The notes below the pieces were generated by a model. It worked only from the letters and a program-made list of their open reading frames with translations, was not told the origin of the DNA and did not search any database. A stretch of 64,000 nucleotides of DNA. Origin: Candidatus Latescibacterota bacterium (lineage in GTDB: Bacteria; Latescibacterota; UBA2968; GCA-2709665). Of the stretch, positions 1 to 8,990 are shown piece by piece. The DNA is taken from the NCBI GenBank assembly GCA_965116875.1, contig OZ220733.1, positions 1 to 64,000 of the forward strand, in the 5' to 3' direction. The stretch's first letter is position 1; the number at the start of each line of letters is the position of its first letter. The translations under genes were made by a program, and so were the position numbers.

Positions 1-1
1 G

Positions 2-379
2 GTGCCTCAGGACAGGAGCGTTGCCTTCGGGGCTGGGGCGGTACATCCACTCCGGATGATGGATCAGCATGTTATCTTCGGGAATAATGTGCCCCACGGG
101 AATGTACCCGATGACGCGTACCTCCCGCGCATGGGCTTCGGCGATCGTCTCGGCGAGCAGGTCGCGCTCACCTAATTGAGGGTGCGGGGGAAAGAACTCA
201 TTGGGGAAGACCGCCCATTTACCCGCGCTGCCGAACCAGATCGCGTTGGCGTGGTATTTCCGCACGACATCGACGAGCTGCTTCGCGTCAAAGTCGATGT
301 CGGGCCAGAAGGGCGGGTGGTATTGCTCTATCTGAAAGGTGCGCGCCCGCCGTACCCACTCGTGACCTGGCTTGATCAT
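2..379 (-). CDS. Putative glycoside hydrolase (GHL6/family-10-like TIM barrel), N-terminal part, runs off window start
   Basis: Manual translation MIKPGHEWVRRARTFQIEQYHPPFWPDIDFDAKQLVDVVRKYHANAIWFGSAGKWAVFPNEFFPPHPQLGERDLLAETIAEAHAREVRVIGY...HPEW; GGAGG RBS upstream; not in the ORF track because it has no stop in the window. Confidence 0.6.
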   Translation of the reverse strand, partial: MIKPGHEWVRRARTFQIEQYHPPFWPDIDFDAKQLVDVVRKYHANAIWFGSAGKWAVFPNEFFPPHPQLGERDLLAETIAEAHAREVRVIGYIPVGHIIPEDNMLIHHPEWMYRPSPEGNAPVLRH

Positions 380-571
380 AGCGATGACCTCCAAAATCTG
401 TACCGTCTCTTTTTGCCGCAGAGACCGCAGAGAACGGCCTTCCATGACTCACGGCCGCTCACCATGATCGAGAAGCCGAGAAATATCAGGCTGAACCCCG
501 GCCAGCAGCCCAAGCTCGGCTGTCGGCGCCAACTCAGGACCCGAGCGAACAGGAGCAACGTCGAGAATGGA

Positions 572-649
572 CGAAGAACGCTTTGGTTGCCGGCGGAAGG
601 TTTCCTGCGCAGGCCGAATGGCCGGAGCCGCGCACGGGCGTGTTACACG
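572..649 (-). repeat. Degenerate attC-like site
   Basis: CGTGTAAC (minus) ~20 nt after the NUDIX stop; shares aggtttc..gcg..aggccgaatggccggagccg..cgtgtta with the sites at 14.5 and 22.8 kb; far boundary uncertain. Confidence 0.5.
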
Positions 650-669
650 TTGCCATGGCCGGGTGGACG

Positions 670-1149
670 TCACCTGTCGTCCATAGCCAGACGCCCGTCA
701 ATCTTGTCGGAATTCAGACGTTCGTTGAGTTCCCAGAGTGCAGTTCGGTTGCTCTCCCATGTGAGCAGCCTCGTCGCTTCCTTAAAGGACAACCAGCTCA
801 CCTTGTCATGTTCATCGGACAGATCGAGTTCCTGACCACCTACATCAACCGCAAACGAGTATTCAGGCACGACAAAGATGTCCCTGGACCAGTGTCTTGT
901 TGGTGAGAATGCCGTCCTGGGGACGGATGCACGAGAATCCAGCCGAAAGAAACGTGCCCCCTTTGGAATGCCTGCCTCCTCTTCCGCCTCACGCCGTGCG
1001 GTTTGCTCTGCCGTCTCATCGTCTTCGGCGCCACCTGCAATGAACTGCCACATAGAGTCATCCGACCGATGGAACACGGCAAATTCGTGCCCCACACTCT
1101 CACGCTCCCTGAACGGTATCACGATCACTTGTATTGGTTGCCTTGCCAT
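670..1149 (-). CDS. NUDIX hydrolase (dNTP pyrophosphohydrolase-like)
   Basis: Nudix box GGAEDDETAEQTARREAEEEAG; WQFIAGG and LSDEH segments typical of NudB-like enzymes. Confidence 0.85.
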   Translation of the reverse strand: MARQPIQVIVIPFRERESVGHEFAVFHRSDDSMWQFIAGGAEDDETAEQTARREAEEEAGIPKGARFFRLDSRASVPRTAFSPTRHWSRDIFVVPEYSFAVDVGGQELDLSDEHDKVSWLSFKEATRLLTWESNRTALWELNERLNSDKIDGRLAMDDR

Positions 1150-1229
1150 GCGAACTGTACTCTCGGGCGGAGTCGCTCAGAATCGTCTTTCACAGCAGAA
1201 ATATAATCCGGACACGGTTTTCGTGTTAC

Positions 1230-1282
1230 GTTTTCGACCGCAATGGCCGGCCGTAGCCCGGATGGCCTTCTTCAACGGGCTG
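1230..1282 (-). repeat. Partial MITE-like repeat (same family as 37860, 44004, 48732)
   Basis: Minus strand reads cagcccgttgaagaaggccatccgggctacggccggccattgcggtcgaaaac, nearly identical to the start of the 37860 copy. Confidence 0.7.
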
Positions 1283-1768
1283 CTATACTCCGATCTCATC
1301 GTGTAGAATCTGATCAACGATGCAGCCAAGTTGCTGCACTTTCGCAAATTCCGCAGAGAGTTTCTCAATCAGGTCATCGTCGCCGAAGCGAACGTCTCGA
1401 CTGAAAACCTTCATCGTACTGTTCGACACCTTGTATCCCTTCCATGTCTCAATCATACGGCGTGCTTCTTTCACAAAAGGCCGGCTGAAAGCAGCGCGCT
1501 TCAATCGAGTTCCCCGGAATGTGTCTTGATGAAGCACGTGCATGACAAGACGTGTCTTCTTCTGTTGCATTTCCCGGTCAGTAATCCAGGTCTCGAAATG
1601 GATACCCATTCCGTCTTCGTTGAACCATTGGGCCTTGTACAACTGAAGACCAGATCCTCCGCTCTTTGGAAACGTCTCCAGTCGCGTTTCCCACCCATCC
1701 GAAAACCAGCCTGCCGTACGCAAATTACCGTCCAGCTTCTCCATCAGGGACGAATAGTCACTCTCCAT
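1283..1768 (-). CDS. Hypothetical protein (161 aa)
   Basis: Protein-like composition, overlaps the stop of the upstream gene; no motif recognised. Confidence 0.65.
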   Translation of the reverse strand: MESDYSSLMEKLDGNLRTAGWFSDGWETRLETFPKSGGSGLQLYKAQWFNEDGMGIHFETWITDREMQQKKTRLVMHVLHQDTFRGTRLKRAAFSRPFVKEARRMIETWKGYKVSNSTMKVFSRDVRFGDDDLIEKLSAEFAKVQQLGCIVDQILHDEIGV

Positions 1769-2876
1769 CGGCTTCTCCTCTGCTTTCTGAGGGGTGATCC
1801 ATCACTGCGGGCAAGACATGCCTTGTTACAATGCGAAAGACCTGGTTGGCAACTGCGGATCCGTAATTTCCACCTGTGAATACAATCACCATTTCAACAT
1901 CGGGAATCACGAACATGAACTGACCGCCATTTCCTTCGGCAACGAAGCTTTTGACAGGATGTCCGGCAACACGGAAGCGATCCAGCCACCAGCCAAACCC
2001 ATATCGATCGTTTCCAAACTGAGGGCTGACAGATTCTTCGATCCATTCCGCGGGCAGCACCTCAACTCCGTTCCGCACCCCACGGTCCAGGTACAGCTGC
2101 CCGATCTTGGCCAGATCACGGGGTCTGAGACGAAGACCTGCATGAGTTTGCGGCAATCCTGTCTTTGTCCGCCACCAATCACTCCGACGGATGCCCAGAG
2201 GTCCAAAGAGATGTTCGTTAGCGAAAGCATCCGCGTGCAGGCCGGAAGCCTTCTTGATCACGCCCGCAAGAAGAATTGCACATCCGCTATTGTAGTTAAA
2301 TCGTTTGCCGGGTTTGTCAGACATGTCAGATGACAGTACATATCCGATGAAGTCGTCACTGTTCTCCATCTGAGCTTCTGAGTTAGGAGAACCGGGCTCA
2401 GATTGATGCGCTCCCGATTGGTCCCACCTGAACCCGGAAGTCATCGTCAGTAGATGTCTCAAAGTGATCTGTTTTTTCTCTGCGGTTATGTGCGCGGCGT
2501 GATCCGGGAAGAATTGATGCATTGGTACATCAACAGAGTCGATAAAGCCCTTGTCAATGGCGATTCCAACGAGCGCGGACGTTACACTCTTTGAAACTGA
2601 ACGTGTGTCGTGCAGCTTGTCCTTGTCGAATACGACATGCCCCCTCCACCCATCGGTGCCCGCAAAGTACTCCTCCAGTACCAGAATGCCTCGCCGTGCA
2701 ATCAGAATGCTGTGGAGATTCCTGTACTCCCCATCCCGGATCCTGGCCAGACACTCCGCTATCGTATCCGCATCCAGACCTTGCCCGGCCGGAGTACCAG
2801 TCCTCCAACCATCGGATGCCTCCACATGACCTGTGCTGCACAGAGCGAGGAACATTGACAAGAACACACGTTTCAC
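1758..2876 (-). CDS. Secreted serine hydrolase, beta-lactamase/AmpC-like fold
   Basis: Signal peptide; SxxK (SVSK), YNS, LRHLLTMTSG, LRPRDLAKIG, GNGGQ motifs. Confidence 0.85.
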   Translation of the reverse strand: MKRVFLSMFLALCSTGHVEASDGWRTGTPAGQGLDADTIAECLARIRDGEYRNLHSILIARRGILVLEEYFAGTDGWRGHVVFDKDKLHDTRSVSKSVTSALVGIAIDKGFIDSVDVPMHQFFPDHAAHITAEKKQITLRHLLTMTSGFRWDQSGAHQSEPGSPNSEAQMENSDDFIGYVLSSDMSDKPGKRFNYNSGCAILLAGVIKKASGLHADAFANEHLFGPLGIRRSDWWRTKTGLPQTHAGLRLRPRDLAKIGQLYLDRGVRNGVEVLPAEWIEESVSPQFGNDRYGFGWWLDRFRVAGHPVKSFVAEGNGGQFMFVIPDVEMVIVFTGGNYGSAVANQVFRIVTRHVLPAVMDHPSESRGEADGE

Positions 2877-2976
2877 CGAACTGACTCCGATCTATTCAAG
2901 ACTGCGGGTTGCGACCGCATGGCTGGGGTTGTGACGGGAAATAAGCCATTGCAACTCCTCCCGGATATACATTGAT

Positions 2977-3948
2977 CTACCCCGGAAACTCAGTCCTCAA
3001 CAGCGGTTGAACACGATACCTCCATTGGCTCTCAATCAAGGAATGGTCTGGTGATTTTTCGGCTGCTTCCAGGATATTCGCAGCTGCTCGACTGGCCATG
3101 AGGGTAGGTATGTACTCTTCCAAATCCTTGCTGAGGGAACGAACTTCACGATACCCCTTCAATAACGCATCAGACCTCTCCTGGAAACCGGGACGACCGT
3201 AGGGGCCGGCCAGGATAACAGCGATGTCATACAAGTAGTAGCCGAATCCGCAGTCGCCGAAATCAATCGCGATGGCGTGACCCGGTCGAAAGAGGACATT
3301 TCCGAAACTGAGGTCCGCGTGAATGAGGCCGAACATCTCTGTGTCGCCGCCCATCTGTTGTTCCGCTTCTGTTAGCCTACCATAGACCGTTTCCAGATCG
3401 CGGCGAACAGGAGCCGGTCCGATCTCATTTAAAGGAAACTTCGAACGGGAACCGACAAGTCCCTCAGCGTCATACGTGGGGCGACCAAATCCCATCGGTG
3501 GCGACCACTCTTCAGAGTGATTGTGCAACTCACCCGCAACGCGGCCAAGCAATTCGAAGTGCCGAGGCGATCGGTGGTCCTGATCCAGGATACGTCCGTT
3601 GAGCCAGGAAGTAACGGATACCGGGAATGGTCCGGGTACGCCTGGAACTTCTGCCACGATAACTCGTTTGCCGTCAGGCGACCGATAGGGCTGTGGAACG
3701 GAGAGCGTGGTATCGTGGCAGAGAGCCTCCAGCCAATCCAATTCAGATTCAATTTTCCGGGGCGCTTTCTTGTCACGGTGAATCCGCACTCGATACTCGC
3801 CTGAATCGCAGGTCCACTTCAACTTGCGACAACGGCATTTTCCGAAACCCAGTTCGCGGAGCGCGGCCTCTTCCACCTTGCGTAACCGACGGATTCGTCC
3901 CTGGCGAGTTAGCTCGTCGAAGCTCCGTATGGCCATTCCGACCTCCAC
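2977..3948 (-). CDS. APH/type II homoserine kinase-fold phosphotransferase
   Basis: Brenner motif IHADLSFGNV, IDFGDCGFG, YDIA. Confidence 0.8.
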   Translation of the reverse strand: MEVGMAIRSFDELTRQGRIRRLRKVEEAALRELGFGKCRCRKLKWTCDSGEYRVRIHRDKKAPRKIESELDWLEALCHDTTLSVPQPYRSPDGKRVIVAEVPGVPGPFPVSVTSWLNGRILDQDHRSPRHFELLGRVAGELHNHSEEWSPPMGFGRPTYDAEGLVGSRSKFPLNEIGPAPVRRDLETVYGRLTEAEQQMGGDTEMFGLIHADLSFGNVLFRPGHAIAIDFGDCGFGYYLYDIAVILAGPYGRPGFQERSDALLKGYREVRSLSKDLEEYIPTLMASRAAANILEAAEKSPDHSLIESQWRYRVQPLLRTEFPG

Positions 3949-4043
3949 ATAAGCACCGTCACGATCGGTGGAGTACCGACTCTCTCTTGTGCCGCAGGAC
4001 CTGGAACTGTGTCCGGGTCAGGCGTGGTTGAGGGAATTCCACC

Positions 4044-4072
4044 TTGACAAGTATCACGTTACACGTTACACT
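4044..4072 (+). promoter_or_regulatory. Sigma70-type promoter of higBA
   Basis: TTGACA (4044-4049), 17-nt spacer with tandem CACGTTA repeats, TACACT (4067-4072); GTG start follows 6 nt later. Confidence 0.65.
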
Positions 4073-4078
4073 TATTCG

Positions 4079-4360
4079 GTGATAAAGACATTTGCAGACA
4101 AGGAAACCCAACGCATTTACCGCACAGGCGAATCCATGAGGTTGCCGGTTGACCTTGTGCGAAGAGCAATCCGCCGCTTAGAATACATCGACCTCGCCAA
4201 CACGTTGAATGATCTGAGGGTTCCACCTGGCAACCGCCTGCACCGGTTGAAGAGGGACCGCAAGGGACAGCACGCCATCGCGATCAACGAACAATGGCGC
4301 ATCTGTTTTCGGTTCGTCGACGGGGATGCTTACGACGTCGAAATCACGGACTATCACTGA
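4079..4360 (+). CDS. higB: HigB (RelE-family) toxin
   Basis: MIKTFADKET...DLRVPPGNRLHRLKRDRKGQHAIAINEQWRICFRF...DVEITDYH is the typical HigB killer-protein sequence; GTG start chosen from the family N-terminus. Confidence 0.9.
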   Translation: MIKTFADKETQRIYRTGESMRLPVDLVRRAIRRLEYIDLANTLNDLRVPPGNRLHRLKRDRKGQHAIAINEQWRICFRFVDGDAYDVEITDYH

Positions 4361-4372
4361 AGGGAACCTTCC

Positions 4373-4687
4373 ATGGCCATCACAAATACACAAGAACGCG
4401 CCATCCCACCAACTCATCCTGGTGAGATGCTGCGTGAGGATTTCTTGCCGGAATATGCGCAAACAGTGACTGCCGTGGCGGAGGCATTGGATGTTTCCCG
4501 TCAAACAATAAATGAGCTTCTGCGGGAGCGGCGCGCCATCTCACCCATCATGGCATTGAAACTTGCCCGCTTGTTTGGGAACTCTCCGGAATTTTGGATG
4601 AAGGCCCAACACAAACGAGACCTTTGGGAATCAGAGCAGCGACATCAAGGCGAGCTGGCGGATATCCAACCGCTCGCGATTCCGTAA
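4373..4687 (+). CDS. higA: HigA antitoxin (HTH)
   Basis: PTHPGEMLREDFL, HTH region, MALKLARLFGNSPEFW; directly downstream of the toxin. Confidence 0.9.
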   Translation: MAITNTQERAIPPTHPGEMLREDFLPEYAQTVTAVAEALDVSRQTINELLRERRAISPIMALKLARLFGNSPEFWMKAQHKRDLWESEQRHQGELADIQPLAIP

Positions 4688-4800
4688 ACGACGTTCCCCT
4701 GCGCAAACCCCTTCCCTCTTTTTCTCGAAACGTCTTCCGTGCCCCCGAACCGCGCAACGGTTGGGCGAGAAGCCGAAAGGCCCGGGTCCGCAGCCCGCAC

Positions 4801-4920
4801 GGTTACACGCTGGCGGCGCCCCCTTAACGGCGAAGCCCTTCCCGAGGCAGACGAAAAGTGCACACCATAAACAATGGTTTGCTGGCTTCGATCTGTTTCT
4901 CAGGTAAACTCGCCTTCGCC
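4801..4920 (-). repeat. ~120-bp repeat ending in attC-like CGTGTAAC box (copies at 14538 and 12642)
   Basis: gttacacgctggcggcgccccctt...caggtaaactcgccttcgcc aligns by eye with 14538-14657. Confidence 0.75.
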
Positions 4921-4928
4921 ACTTCGTG

Positions 4929-5255
4929 TCAGGTTGGCTTCCTGCCGATGTAAAGAATGTGGCCCGCGCCATCCACCAACGAGGCGTCCGAGGTTGTCTC
5001 AATTACGAGGTTGAACCATCGATCCCAGGCTTCTTTGTCCTGGGCAAGCGCATTCGTCTCTTCCTCATATCCTGTGGATAGGCCTTCGCATTCTGCCATC
5101 TCCACAGTTTCCAAGCCTGCGGCTTCGGCAAGCTCACGGATTTCGTCCGAGCGGAAGAAATGGACAGGCACGCCATGTACCGGTGTGGTTCCGGTCCTCA
5201 ACAAATCAGTGAACAAAGGCTTAACGAGTTCATCAGAACGATACCGGGTTTGATC
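4929..5255 (-). pseudogene. C-terminal fragment of a class I SAM methyltransferase
   Basis: HFFRSDEIRELAEAAGLETVEMAECEG...HILYIGRK resembles a methyltransferase C-terminus; in-frame stop upstream and no SAM-binding N-terminal half. Confidence 0.55.
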
Positions 5256-5273
5256 GCCAATTTCCTATCAGTT

Positions 5274-6266
5274 TCATTCCTCCCACGGCAGGAAACAGAC
5301 TTTGACGGCCTGAAGGTTCTCCAACAGGTCTACGCCTTCAGCGTAGCGTTCGAGCGGCAGCTTGTGCGTGACCAGCGCGGCCAGGTCGAGCTTGCCGTGG
5401 CGGATGAGGTCGAGCGCATACTCGGCCGATTCGCGCGAGTGGCCCTTGTACCCGCACAGCCGCAGCCCGCCGTAATGTCGCGTTCTGAACGTGTAGTCTT
5501 CGCGCTGCACGCCGAACAGGGCCAGGGCGTCCTGAGTCCGGTCCATGAGGAACTCCACCGACGCCCTTGCGCCAACGCAGTCCACTGCCGACTCGAGTCT
5601 TGGCCATTCCGGCCGCGCCGGGAACTTCCCCGACAAGTCGGCCCGCGGGTCGTAGCAACCTGCCGCGCCGAGACGCTCGGCCATGGCGCGGCGGTCGGAT
5701 ATGATGTCGAACCCGTACACTTCCCTGGCGCCCTCGGCTCTGGCCATCTGTAGCGCCACCAGCCCGGCCCCGCCCAGGCCGCAGACGCCGAAACAACGGC
5801 CAAGGATTGCGTCCATATCACGCAGCATCCGGAAGCAGGCGCCTACGCACATCGCCAGTTCGAGTGGAGCCAGCGCCACGTCAGGCAATTCTCCGGGGAC
5901 GCGTATTACGCTTGCCGCGTCAATCGCGACGTATTGCGCATAGCAACCGTGATGCCCCTCGCCGCTGTCGCGCCAGGCGCATACACGGTCGCCTGCCCTC
6001 AAACCAGCCACACCTTCGCCAACAGCCTCGATGCGGCCGACGGCTTCGTGGCCGGGCTTGCCCGGCGTGAAGGGGTAGTGGAATGCATGGCCGACAAACA
6101 TCGGTTCGTTGTGACGCAGGTGCAGGTCCCACTGCGGGCAGGTCGTGACCGCAGTGATACGCATCAGCACCTCGTCCGGACCGGGCTCGGGAACGGGGAC
6201 GTCGAGAATCTCGAACTCGCGCGGCGATGTGACTTGCAGGATCTTCATTGTCCGCGCTCCCGGCAT
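5274..6266 (-). CDS. Zinc-binding alcohol dehydrogenase (MDR family)
   Basis: TCPQWD, PGHEAVG, GLGGAG nucleotide-binding motif. Confidence 0.85.
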   Translation of the reverse strand: MPGARTMKILQVTSPREFEILDVPVPEPGPDEVLMRITAVTTCPQWDLHLRHNEPMFVGHAFHYPFTPGKPGHEAVGRIEAVGEGVAGLRAGDRVCAWRDSGEGHHGCYAQYVAIDAASVIRVPGELPDVALAPLELAMCVGACFRMLRDMDAILGRCFGVCGLGGAGLVALQMARAEGAREVYGFDIISDRRAMAERLGAAGCYDPRADLSGKFPARPEWPRLESAVDCVGARASVEFLMDRTQDALALFGVQREDYTFRTRHYGGLRLCGYKGHSRESAEYALDLIRHGKLDLAALVTHKLPLERYAEGVDLLENLQAVKVCFLPWEE

Positions 6267-6300
6267 GCCCTTGAAGTAGCAGAAGTCTTCATCATTCCGC

Positions 6301-7248
6301 CTATCTTACGTGGCCCTGAATTCGTCCGAAGAGTTCGCGCAGCTTCTCCACCCGCGGTGTATCCAGGTACGGCGGGTCAACCACCAGCAGGTTCCCGCGA
6401 AACCGTTCCGGGCTACGCGTCCCGACACAGCAAGTGCTCACGTCCTGCGCGAGCACGTAGCGTAGTGCCGCCGCGGGCACGCTGTAGGGCTTCAGGAAAT
6501 CAAACAGGTGGGGATCCGTGTATGGCGGCCGGGACGGCAGATAGCCGGCCGCGACATGCCGCCGCACGCACTCCAGCGCCGCCGGCACACTGACCAGACC
6601 GGACTCCTGGTTCGCCTGGTTCAGCGGCATCATCACCGCCGTGCCGACATCGTGCCGGGCACACAGCGGCAGTACCGATTCCACCGCGTTTTGCAGCAGA
6701 AGATTGATCGTGAGCATGACCACGTCCAGGCCGCCAGTGGGAACCGCGCGCTTCAGAATCTCGTGTGTTCCGTCAACCGTGGAGAGCTCGCTGATACCGA
6801 TGAAACGGACCTTGCCCTGCTCACGCAGCCTGACCATGGCCTCGTAGCAGCCATCGTTCATAAAACGGTCCAGAGATTCGAGCGTGCGGATGCCGTGGCC
6901 GAGAAGAATATCAAGACGATCACGGCGCAAGCGGCGCAGGCTCTCCTCGGCTGAGGAAGTCAATGCCGCCGCTGAACCCGTGTATGCCGCATCGCCGCCC
7001 CAGCCATCGTAAGGCTGATACTTGGTCTCGACAACGATATGGTCGTGGCCCCGCAACGCTTCGCCCAGTGCGCTCTCGCTGTCACCGTTGCCGTAGTCGG
7101 CGGCGGTGTCGACGAAGTTGACGCCGCTCTCGATTGCTGCGTGTACGGTGGCAATGAACTTCGCCCGGTCCTGCGACGCGCCCCGTGCTGCACCGTAACT
7201 GAGTTCCGAGACCTGCAGTTCTGTTCTTCCCAGGCGGCGATACCGCAT
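6301..7248 (-). CDS. Aldo/keto reductase
   Basis: MRYRRLGRTELQVSELSYG, DTAADYG, SLRRLRRDRLD, GKVRFIGIS; GAGGA RBS. Confidence 0.9.
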   Translation of the reverse strand: MRYRRLGRTELQVSELSYGAARGASQDRAKFIATVHAAIESGVNFVDTAADYGNGDSESALGEALRGHDHIVVETKYQPYDGWGGDAAYTGSAAALTSSAEESLRRLRRDRLDILLGHGIRTLESLDRFMNDGCYEAMVRLREQGKVRFIGISELSTVDGTHEILKRAVPTGGLDVVMLTINLLLQNAVESVLPLCARHDVGTAVMMPLNQANQESGLVSVPAALECVRRHVAAGYLPSRPPYTDPHLFDFLKPYSVPAAALRYVLAQDVSTCCVGTRSPERFRGNLLVVDPPYLDTPRVEKLRELFGRIQGHVR

Positions 7249-7252
7249 GATC

Positions 7253-7343
7253 AGTTCCTCTATTTGGCCGTCACTGCTGCTGAGCTCCCAGCTGCGGTTT
7301 GACCAGATGCTGCCGCGCCCCTTGCTCCGGGAACGCCGGTTTC
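7253..7343 (-). repeat. ~90-bp leader module carrying an RBS, second copy at 16845-16934
   Basis: ccgtcactgctgctgagctc(c/a)cagctgc(g/a)gtttgacca..tg(c/g)tgccgcgcccc..tccgggaacgc shared by both copies. Confidence 0.7.
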
Positions 7344-7408
7344 ATCACCTTAATCGCAATTCGCCGGTCCGTCGACACTTGCCGGGCCAACAGCCAGGTC
7401 TCCCGGCC

Positions 7409-8392
7409 TCATTCCCGTTCGAATTGACCCGAACGAATCATCGCATGGATCAGGTTCAGGATCAGCCGGCCGGCCGTATGTCCGCCCAGGCCGTGCAGAT
7501 CGTGTTGCGGAACGAACTCAACCAAATCCATTCCCACCACGCGCCCCTTCTGCGGCAAGCCGCGGAGCAGGTCCGCTGCCTCGGCAAATGTCAGCCCACC
7601 CGGCTCCGGGTGGCTCACCGCTGGACTGATGGCCGGGTCCAGCCCATCAAAATCCAGTGTTATAAAATAGTTTGCGTCGTCCGGAATCCGCTCCAGCACC
7701 GCCGCAATCCCCTGCTCGTGCACCTCCCGCTCGGAAATCAGCACATTGCCTGTTGCCAGCGCATCCTCTACGTCGGCAATGCGACCGCTGCCCGTCCCGC
7801 GCAGCCCGACCTGGACAATCTTCTCTACCCAATCCATCTCCGAGACCCGTCGCATCGGACTGCTGTACCCTTCCCGCACCCCGTCCACCTCGTCTCTGAA
7901 GTCCAGATGCTGGTCAATCTGTACCACAACAATCGGCCCGAACTCGCGGTACGCCCGAATCACCGGAATGGGAACCGCGTCGTCTCCGCCAAACACAATC
8001 GGCACCGCGCCCCGGGAGAGGATCGTCTGTACCGCCTCAGTGGCCCGATCCACTGCGCCCTTCAGATCCATCGGATCGCCCGGTACATCCCCGCAGTCCA
8101 CAATCCGGATCGCCCGACCGTCCAGCAGTGGTCCGCCAAAATCGAAACTGCAAAACGGCCCCATTGCATTGCGGAACCGCAACGACTTCTCGCGCAAATA
8201 TCCGGGCGCGTCGAATGTCCACGACTGTCCCATCTCGTACGGAATGCCGTAAGGCACACCCAGAATCGCAATCTCCGCCTCCAGCGCCGACACATTCGTC
8301 TCCACCGGCGCCTGGATAAAGGAGATGAACCCACCGCTCGCCGGTTTTCCGAGGGTCCGGTACGACGGAACCGCGGTCAAAGGCAACGCCAT
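7409..8392 (-). CDS. Ureohydrolase (agmatinase/arginase family)
   Basis: GGDDAV, DQHLD, QVGLRG, LDFDGLDP, PEPGGL, DLVEF; GAGGAGG RBS. Confidence 0.85.
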   Translation of the reverse strand: MALPLTAVPSYRTLGKPASGGFISFIQAPVETNVSALEAEIAILGVPYGIPYEMGQSWTFDAPGYLREKSLRFRNAMGPFCSFDFGGPLLDGRAIRIVDCGDVPGDPMDLKGAVDRATEAVQTILSRGAVPIVFGGDDAVPIPVIRAYREFGPIVVVQIDQHLDFRDEVDGVREGYSSPMRRVSEMDWVEKIVQVGLRGTGSGRIADVEDALATGNVLISEREVHEQGIAAVLERIPDDANYFITLDFDGLDPAISPAVSHPEPGGLTFAEAADLLRGLPQKGRVVGMDLVEFVPQHDLHGLGGHTAGRLILNLIHAMIRSGQFERE

Positions 8393-8499
8393 CGCGTTAT
8401 CCTCCTCAAATTAACGTATCGTTTTATTACCGGGCGAAGTAAATAGTTGACGTCTATCGTGCCGGCTACGGTGGAGAGGAACCTACCCAAACGGGGACG

Positions 8500-8565
8500 C
8501 TGAGCTTGTCGAAGCGCCCGCGGACCGGCACCCTCTTTCCTGCGCCGACCCTTCGACAAGCTCAG
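8500..8565. repeat. REP-like inverted repeat
   Basis: Perfect 15-bp arms ctgagcttgtcgaag (8500-8514) and cttcgacaagctcag (8551-8565). Confidence 0.7.
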
Positions 8566-8990
8566 GGAGCGGCTCAGGGTCCCCGGTCAATGTTGTGGAA
8601 AAAAGGCAAACTATCGGGTGCTCCCCGTGATAAGTGGCCATGCATGCGTTTTCTGACCATCTTTTCGATTTAGAGACGTAATTGTATTCGCTACTTCTCG
8701 TAGTATTTCCATCGATAATTGTGTCCCACGATAAAACATAACTTGCGACTCTGCAGAAAACATTCGGGATTTCTCAGTCGGGATAAAGCAAATTCAGCCA
8801 CAGGATCGTTCATCCGCTGTCGGTGAGGAGATTCTGCATGTAGGCTTCGTGTGCGATTTGTCTCGGTGGGGTTGGTGGGTGTCGCTTTTTGCGCCGTTTT
8901 CGTGAAACGTCTTGCCGCTTCCCGAACCCGATCGGAACGAGGAAGGGTTGGGTCGGAGGGAGCGCAGCGACCGGAGCTGGGAAACGGCTG

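Noticed and set aside
1758-2876. Calling the serine hydrolase a beta-lactam resistance gene
   Set aside because: The fold is shared by esterases and amidases, and the class C KTG motif is absent (AEG here).
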